Assembly (NCBI GenBank): GCA_036497565.1
Contig: DASXJE010000018.1
Coordinates: forward strand, 5,313-69,312
DNA from: Mycobacteriales bacterium
Lineage (GTDB): Bacteria > Actinomycetota > Actinomycetes > Mycobacteriales > QHCD01
DNA length: 64,000 nucleotides
Direction of reading: 5' to 3'
Shown: positions 58,163-64,000 of the stretch, one piece after another
Position numbering within the stretch: the stretch's first letter is position 1
Layout of the letters: the number at the start of each line of letters is the position of its first letter
Notes under the pieces: generated by a model
Seen by the model: the letters and a program-made list of their open reading frames with translations, nothing else
Database searches by the model: none
What the model was told of the DNA's origin: nothing
Made by a program: the position numbers and the translations under genes

Positions 58163-59248
58163 ATGAGCCAGCAAGTGCGTGGAGTCGTCGCTCGGAGCAA
58201 GGGTGCGGCGGTCACGACGGAGACGATCGTGATCCCCGACCCCGGCCCCGGCGAGGCCGTGGTGCGGGTGCAGGCGTGCGGTGTGTGTCACACCGACCTG
58301 CACTACCGCGAGGGCGCGATCACCGACGACTTCCCGTTCCTGCTCGGCCACGAGGCGGCCGGAATCGTCGAGACGGTCGGCGACGGCGTCGACACCGTCG
58401 CACCGGGCGACTACGTCGTCATCGCCTGGCGGGCGCCGTGCGGGCACTGCCGCGCGTGCCTGCGGGGCCGGCCCTGGTACTGCTTCGACAGCCTCAACGC
58501 CAAGCAGCCGATGACGCTCGCCGACGGCACGCCGCTGACCGCCGCCCTCGGCATCGGCGCGTTCGCCGACAAGACGCTCGTCGCGGCCAAGCAGTGCGTG
58601 CCGGTCGACCCGGCCGCCCGGCCCGAGGCGGCCGGACTGGTCGGCTGCGGCGTGATGGCGGGCTACGGCGCCGCCGTCAACACCGGCGGAGTACGGCAGG
58701 GCGACACCGTGGCGGTCATCGGCTGCGGCGGGGTCGGCGCAGCAGCCATCGCCGGTGCGTCGATCGCGGCCGCCCGCACGGTAATCGCGGTCGACGTCGA
58801 CCAGGCAAAGCTCGAGACGGCGCGAAAGTTCGGCGCCACCCACACCGTCGATGCCAGCTCCGAGGACGTCGTGTCGCGCATCCGCGAGCTCACCGGCGGC
58901 TTCGGCGCCGACGTCGTCGTGGAGGCGGTCGGCCGCCCCGAGACCTACAAGCAGGCTTTCCTCGCCCGCGACCACGCCGGGACGCTGGTGCAGGTCGGCG
59001 TACCCGATCCGACGATGCGGGTCGACCTCGGCATGATCGATCTCTTCGGGCGCGGCGGTGCGCTGAAGTCGTCCTGGTACGGCGACTGCCTGCCCACCCG
59101 CGACTTCCCGACGTTGATCAACCTCTATCTCGCCGGCCGGCTCGACCTCGACGGCTTCGTCAGCGAGACGATCGCGCTCGACGAGGTGGAGCAGGCCTTC
59201 GACAAGATGAAGGCCGGCAAGGTGCTCCGCTCGGTCGTCGTGCTGTGA
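58163..59248 (+). CDS. mscR: S-(hydroxymethyl)mycothiol dehydrogenase / S-nitrosomycothiol reductase
   Basis: [27 protein letters not shown] and [13 protein letters not shown] motifs; adjacent MBL partner gene. Confidence 0.88.
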   Translation: MSQQVRGVVARSKGAAVTTETIVIPDPGPGEAVVRVQACGVCHTDLHYREGAITDDFPFLLGHEAAGIVETVGDGVDTVAPGDYVVIAWRAPCGHCRACLRGRPWYCFDSLNAKQPMTLADGTPLTAALGIGAFADKTLVAAKQCVPVDPAARPEAAGLVGCGVMAGYGAAVNTGGVRQGDTVAVIGCGGVGAAAIAGASIAAARTVIAVDVDQAKLETARKFGATHTVDASSEDVVSRIRELTGGFGADVVVEAVGRPETYKQAFLARDHAGTLVQVGVPDPTMRVDLGMIDLFGRGGALKSSWYGDCLPTRDFPTLINLYLAGRLDLDGFVSETIALDEVEQAFDKMKAGKVLRSVVVL

Positions 59249-59865
59249 TCCGCGCCGAACGCGTGGTGACGTCCGGGATCTTTTCCCTGGACGGGCAGGA
59301 CTTCGAGGTGGACAACAACGTCTGGCTGGTCGGCGACGACGACGAGGTCGTGGTGGTCGACGCCGCCCACGACGCCGGCCCGATCCTCGACGCGATCGAG
59401 GACCGGCGGGTGCGGCTGATCGCCTGCACGCACGGGCACAACGACCACATCAACGCCGCGCGCGACGTGCAGGCGGCGACCCGGGCACCGATCGCGGTGC
59501 ATCCGGCCGACCGGATGCTCTGGGACGACGTGTATCCCGACGCCGGTCCGGACACCGATCTCAGCGACGGGCAGGAGATCCCGATCGCCGGGTCGACGCT
59601 GACCGTGCTGCACACCCCGGGCCACTCGCCGGGCTCGGTGAGCCTGCGTGGCGGGCGACTGCTCTTCTCCGGCGACACCCTCTTCGCCGGCGGGCCGGGC
59701 GCGACGGGCCGGTCGTACTCCGACTTCGACACGATCATCGCCTCGATCCAGGACCGGTTGCTCACGCTGCCGCGCGACACGATCGTGCACACCGGCCACG
59801 GCGACGACACGACGATCGGCACCGAGGCGCCGCACCTGGCCGACTGGATCGCCCGCGGCCACTGA
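59245..59865 (+). CDS. MBL-fold metallo-hydrolase (glyoxalase II-like, mscR partner)
   Basis: [21 protein letters not shown] and HTGHG motifs. GTGA overlap with mscR. Confidence 0.9.
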   Translation: MIRAERVVTSGIFSLDGQDFEVDNNVWLVGDDDEVVVVDAAHDAGPILDAIEDRRVRLIACTHGHNDHINAARDVQAATRAPIAVHPADRMLWDDVYPDAGPDTDLSDGQEIPIAGSTLTVLHTPGHSPGSVSLRGGRLLFSGDTLFAGGPGATGRSYSDFDTIIASIQDRLLTLPRDTIVHTGHGDDTTIGTEAPHLADWIARGH

Positions 59866-59909
59866 CCACCGCCTTCGCCCCCCGGCCTGCCTCCTTTTCC
59901 CGCTCCCGT

Positions 59910-59973
59910 TTTTCATGATCGTGATCGGAAATAGCCGCGAAACGCCGAACAAATCCGATCACGATCATGAAAA
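59910..59973. repeat. Palindromic element family C, second copy
   Basis: TTTTCATGATCGTGATCGG and CCGATCACGATCATGAAAA arms around a 26-nt loop containing CGAAACGCCG. Confidence 0.8.
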
Positions 59974-60067
59974 GGCGGAGGCCTGGAAAGGGGGGTACGG
60001 GCGGGGCGGCGTCTCACGATGCGGGATGCCTTGTCCATCGCGCGGCTGCTGTGCGAGACTCGTCGGC

Positions 60068-60097
60068 GTGCACCACCACGTCATCATTAGCACCTAG
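60068..60097 (+). CDS. cimA attenuator leader peptide MHHHVIIST
   Basis: Short GTG ORF directly upstream of a GC hairpin and a strong intrinsic terminator. Confidence 0.65.
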   Translation: MHHHVIIST

Positions 60098-60125
60098 CGC
60101 GCTCGCGATTTTGCCGCCAGCGCGC

Positions 60126-60156
60126 AGACCTCCCGCACCCGCGGGAGGTCTTTTTC
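60126..60156 (+). terminator. Attenuator terminator ahead of cimA
   Basis: AGACCTCCCGC-ACCC-GCGGGAGGTCT-TTTTT, 21 nt before the cimA ATG. Confidence 0.85.
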
Positions 60157-60177
60157 GTTGAAGGGGCTTCTGCCACC

Positions 60178-61758
60178 ATGACTGACGATCGGTTCCACCT
60201 ATTCGACACGACCTTGCGCGACGGGGCGCAGCGCGAGGGCATTTCGTATTCGGTGACCGACAAGCTCGCGGTCGCCCGGCTCCTCGACGAGCTCGGTGTG
60301 GGCTTCATCGAAGGCGGCTGGCCCGGAGCGATGCCGAAGGACACCGAGTTCTTCGCGCGGGCGGCCGGGGGCGAACTGTCCCTGCGCAACGCCCAGTTGG
60401 TGGCCTTCGGCGCAACGAGGAAGGCCGGCGTGCCGGTCAAGGAGGACGCCCAGGTGCGGGCCCTGCTCGACGCCCAGACGCCGGTGGTCACCCTGGTCGC
60501 CAAGTCACACGTACGCCACGTCACCGAGGCGCTGCGCACCACGCGCGAGGAAAATCTCGCCATGGTCGGAGACACCGTCGCCTTCCTCGTCTCCGAGGGC
60601 CGCCGGGTCTTCCTCGACTGCGAGCATTTCTTCGACGGGTACGCCGCCGACCACGACTACGGCGTGCAGGTGCTCGAGGCGGCTTTCCGCGCCGGTGCCG
60701 ACGTCGGCGTGCTCTGCGACACCAACGGCGGCATGCTGCCGATGGGCATCCACGACGTGGTCGCCGAGGTGCTGCAGCGCACCGGCGGCCGGATCGGGAT
60801 CCACTGCCAGGACGACACCGCCTGCGCCGTCGCCAACACCTTGGCCGCGGTCGACGCGGGCGCCACCCACGCCCAGTGCACCGCCAACGGCTACGGCGAG
60901 CGCGCCGGCAACGCCGACCTGTTCGGCGTGATGGGCGGGCTGGTGATGAAGATGGGCTACACCGACATCGTTCCCGAAGGGTGTCTGTCGGAGATGGTCC
61001 GCGTGTCCCACGCCATCGCCGAGATCGCCAACATCGCGCCCAACACCCACCAGGCCTACGTCGGCACCAGCGCCTTCGCGCACAAGGCCGGCCTGCACGC
61101 CAGCGCGATCAAGGTGAGCCCGGAGCTCTACAACCACATGGAGCCGGAGCTGGTCGGCAACGACATGCGGGTGCTGGTCACCGAGATGGCCGGGCGGGCC
61201 AGCGTCGAGCTCAAGGGGCGCGAGCTCGGGATCGACCTCGCCGGCCGGCCCGAGACGGTCGGTCGGGTCGTCGACCGGGTCAAGGATCTCGAGGCCGGTG
61301 GCTGGTCGTTCGAGGCCGCCGACGCGTCGTTCGAGCTGATGGTCCGCGACGAACTCGGCGAGCGCACCCGACCTTTCACCGTCGAGTCCTACCGGGTGAT
61401 CGTCGACCGCACCGCCGACGGCACGGTGGCCAGCGAGGCGACGGTGCGGCTCTACGCCAAGGGGGAGCGGGTCGTCGCCACCGGCGAGGGCGCCGGGCCG
61501 GTCAACGCGCTCGACCGCGCGCTGCGGTTGGCGCTCGAGCGGATCCACCCCGAGCTCGCCGGTCTGGAACTCGTCGACTACAAGGTGCGCATCCTGGAAG
61601 GCCGGCACGGCAGCGACGCGGTCACCCGGGTCCTCGTCGGTACCGGCGACGGGACGCAGGAATGGACCACGGTCGGCGTACACGAAAACGTCATCGAGGC
61701 ATCCTGGCTCGCCCTCGACGACGCGGTGCGTTACGGGCTGCTGCGCTCGTCGGCCTGA
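60178..61758 (+). CDS. cimA: Citramalate synthase (LeuA/CimA family)
   Basis: DTTLRDGAQREG, IEGGWPG, LCDTNGG, HKAGLHASA, GPVNALD and WTTVGV motifs. Confidence 0.85.
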   Translation: MTDDRFHLFDTTLRDGAQREGISYSVTDKLAVARLLDELGVGFIEGGWPGAMPKDTEFFARAAGGELSLRNAQLVAFGATRKAGVPVKEDAQVRALLDAQTPVVTLVAKSHVRHVTEALRTTREENLAMVGDTVAFLVSEGRRVFLDCEHFFDGYAADHDYGVQVLEAAFRAGADVGVLCDTNGGMLPMGIHDVVAEVLQRTGGRIGIHCQDDTACAVANTLAAVDAGATHAQCTANGYGERAGNADLFGVMGGLVMKMGYTDIVPEGCLSEMVRVSHAIAEIANIAPNTHQAYVGTSAFAHKAGLHASAIKVSPELYNHMEPELVGNDMRVLVTEMAGRASVELKGRELGIDLAGRPETVGRVVDRVKDLEAGGWSFEAADASFELMVRDELGERTRPFTVESYRVIVDRTADGTVASEATVRLYAKGERVVATGEGAGPVNALDRALRLALERIHPELAGLELVDYKVRILEGRHGSDAVTRVLVGTGDGTQEWTTVGVHENVIEASWLALDDAVRYGLLRSSA

Positions 61759-62030
61759 TCGGAGCCGGCCGAGGCGCCCGCGGCGGCCTGCGCGCACGCG
61801 CCGGCGCCGCAGTTGCACCCGGCGCAGCCGGCGGGCGGTGCGGTGCGGATGGTGGCGCGCGAGGCGACCGCCGGAAGCCTCGTGGTCGCGTAGCCGGCCA
61901 GCAGCCCGAGCAGGAGGAACGGCACGCCGAGCACCCGGGTGACGGTCGGGCCGCCGGTGGCCCACGGCAGGATGCCGGCGACGAGGAGTACGGCGGTCAG
62001 GGCGCCCAGCCGCACACGTGCGGCGGTCAC
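61731..62030 (-). CDS. Hypothetical membrane protein with Cys-rich tail
   Basis: Two hydrophobic segments, then GCAGCNCGAGAC; GAGG upstream. Overlaps the cimA 3' end by 28 nt. Confidence 0.5.
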   Translation of the reverse strand: MTAARVRLGALTAVLLVAGILPWATGGPTVTRVLGVPFLLLGLLAGYATTRLPAVASRATIRTAPPAGCAGCNCGAGACAQAAAGASAGSDQADERSSP

Positions 62031-62128
62031 CGGTCGACCTCGGGGGAGGCAGTCACCCGGTCAGTGTCCCAGCATGCCGCCGGTAGGCTCGACGGCGACC
62101 CCGTACCCCCGCCCGCAGAGGAGTCGTC

Positions 62129-62911
62129 GTGCGCATCGCCCGGTTCGCCCACCCTGAGGGGTTCGCCTTCGGCGTGGTCGGCGCGGGTGATCCGGCGACC
62201 GACTCGCTGACCGTCGCCGAGGTGGCCGAACACCCCTTCGGCCCGGTATCGCTCACCGGTCGGCAGTGGCCGCTGGCCGACGTCCGCCTGCTGGCGCCGA
62301 TGCTGCCGACCAAGGTGGTCTGCATCGGGAAGAACTACGCCGACCATGTGCGCGAGATGGGCGGGGACGAACCGCCCGCCGCGCCGGTCCTCTTCATCAA
62401 GCCGTCGACCTCGGTCGTCGGCCCCAACGACCCGATCCGGCTGCCGGCCGACGCCGGGCGGGTCGACTTCGAGGGTGAACTCGCCGCGGTGATCGGCGGC
62501 GTCGTCCGCGATGCGCCGGTCGAGAAGGCGCTCGACTCGGTCCTCGGCTACACCTGCGCCAACGACGTCACCGCCCGCGACCAGCAGCGCAGCGACGGCC
62601 AGTGGACCCGGGCCAAGGGCCACGACACCTTCTGCCCGCTCGGTCCGTGGGTCGAGACGACCGTCGACCCGGCCGACCTCGCGCTCCGCACCACGCTCGA
62701 CGGCGAGGAGCGGCAGAACTCGCGCACCTCGCTGCTGCTGCACGACGTCGCCGGCCTGGTGTCCTTCGTCTCCCACGTCATGACGCTGCTGCCCGGCGAC
62801 GTCGTCCTCACCGGTACGCCGGCCGGGGTCGGCCCGATGACCGCCGGCCAGACGGTCACGGTGAGCATCGACGGGATCGGCACCCTGAGCAATCCGGTGA
62901 CGACCCGATGA
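62129..62911 (+). CDS. Fumarylacetoacetate hydrolase family protein
   Basis: [26 protein letters not shown] and GDVVLTGTP motifs. Confidence 0.93.
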   Translation: MRIARFAHPEGFAFGVVGAGDPATDSLTVAEVAEHPFGPVSLTGRQWPLADVRLLAPMLPTKVVCIGKNYADHVREMGGDEPPAAPVLFIKPSTSVVGPNDPIRLPADAGRVDFEGELAAVIGGVVRDAPVEKALDSVLGYTCANDVTARDQQRSDGQWTRAKGHDTFCPLGPWVETTVDPADLALRTTLDGEERQNSRTSLLLHDVAGLVSFVSHVMTLLPGDVVLTGTPAGVGPMTAGQTVTVSIDGIGTLSNPVTTR

Positions 62912-64000
62912 GCGAGCCGGTCCGGGTCCGCTTCCCCCCGTCGCCCACCGGCGACCTCCACGTCGGCAACGTCCGCTCCGCGCTGTTCAACTACGCGTTC
63001 GCGCGGCACAACGGCGGCGCATTCGTCCTGCGGATCGAGGACACCGACCTGGTCCGCAGCACCGAGGCGTCCTACCGCGGCCTGCTCGACGACCTGCGGT
63101 GGCTCGGTCTCGACTGGGACGAGGGGCCCGAGGCCGGCGGACCCTACGGGCCCTACCGGCAGTCCGAGCGCGGCGGCCTCTACGCCGACGTCGCCGCGCG
63201 GCTGCGCGACGCCGGTTTCGCCTACCCGTGCTACTGCACGCCGGCCGAGGTGGAGGCGCGGACGAAGGCGGCCGGGCGCCCGCCCGGCTACGACGGCCAC
63301 TGCCGTGACCTCAGCGAGGAGCAGCGCGCGGCGTACGACGCCGAGGGCCGCTCGTCGGTGCTGCGCTTCCGGATGCCCGACGAGGCCATCACGTTCACCG
63401 ACCTGATCCGCGGGCCGGTCCGGTTCGAGCCCGAGCACGTCCCGGACTACGTCCTGGTCCGCAGCGACGATTCCCCGCTCTACACCCTCACCAACCCGAC
63501 CGACGACGCGATGCAGCGGATCAGCCACGTGCTGCGCGGCGAGGATCTGCTCTCCTCGACGCCGCGCCAGATTCCGCTGCACCGGGCGCTGCGGGAGCTC
63601 GGCCTCACCGATGCGCCGATGCCGGAGTTCGGCCATCTGCCGTTCGTGCTGGGGGAGGGCAACCAGCGGCTGTCCAAGCGCAAGACGCCGGAGGCGTCGC
63701 TGCAGTTCGTCCGGGAGCAGGGCTACCTGCCCGAGGCGGTCCTCAACTATCTCGCCCTGCTCGGCTGGTCCTTCGGCGACGACCGGGAGCTGTTCAGCCT
63801 CGACGAGATGTGCCGCGCATTCAGCCTCGAGCGGGTCAACGCCAACCCGGCCCGCTTCGACGCCCGCAAGCTGCAGGCGATCAACGGGATCAAGGTGCGC
63901 GAGCTCTCGCCCGCGGACTTCATCGGCCGGATCGCCCCGTTCCTCGAGCGGGCCGAGCTGATCGCGAACCCGCCGACCGACGCGCAGCGGCAGTTGCTGC
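62908..64000 (+). CDS. gltX: Glutamate--tRNA ligase (3' end outside window)
   Basis: [31 protein letters not shown] and LSKRK motifs. Missing from the ORF track because it has no stop in the window. Confidence 0.96.
   Translation, partial: MSEPVRVRFPPSPTGDLHVGNVRSALFNYAFARHNGGAFVLRIEDTDLVRSTEASYRGLLDDLRWLGLDWDEGPEAGGPYGPYRQSERGGLYADVAARLRDAGFAYPCYCTPAEVEARTKAAGRPPGYDGHCRDLSEEQRAAYDAEGRSSVLRFRMPDEAITFTDLIRGPVRFEPEHVPDYVLVRSDDSPLYTLTNPTDDAMQRISHVLRGEDLLSSTPRQIPLHRALRELGLTDAPMPEFGHLPFVLGEGNQRLSKRKTPEASLQFVREQGYLPEAVLNYLALLGWSFGDDRELFSLDEMCRAFSLERVNANPARFDARKLQAINGIKVRELSPADFIGRIAPFLERAELIANPPTDAQRQLL

Noticed and set aside
62908-64000. Unusual GluRS motifs ([15 protein letters not shown])
   Set aside because: Within plausible variation of the HIGH- and KMSKS-region motifs; no evidence of altered function.

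Overview
High-GC actinobacterial chromosome segment, mostly core metabolism, with no tRNA, rRNA, CRISPR array, integrase or transposase seen. Gene content in order: a partial pfkA; class II and class I-beta DAHP synthases; a four-PASTA Ser/Thr kinase; a split carotenoid pathway (crtYc/crtYd, crtB, crtI, crtO-like, with no crtE in the window) interrupted by VOC, GH151-like, glnA3 and amidohydrolase genes; metF; divergent sulfur-assimilation operons (sir-cysH and cysG-sirB); a LexA-box-preceded HEPN-like gene; ligA; an L,D-transpeptidase; menA; gatCAB; a GH2 beta-galactosidase; ilvD, ilvBNC, serA, leuB and ilvE; an ECF42-type sigma with a YciI partner; mscR; cimA; and a partial gltX. The most interesting signals are non-coding or too small for the ORF track. 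(1) Two paralogous, back-to-back, apparently leaderless micro-ORFs (LVARLHVDLQxxxSAxCP) head both sulfur operons, each with the same TGTGCGATCCT-N7-start element and a covarying RNA stem over the single Cys codon. (2) Two classical attenuators lie ahead of ilvB and cimA. (3) Four families of intergenic palindromes (three of about 56-63 bp, one of about 30 bp) show compensatory changes, and one doublet recurs inverted 27 kb away. All gene calls come from motif recognition and remembered family sequences; no database searches were run.
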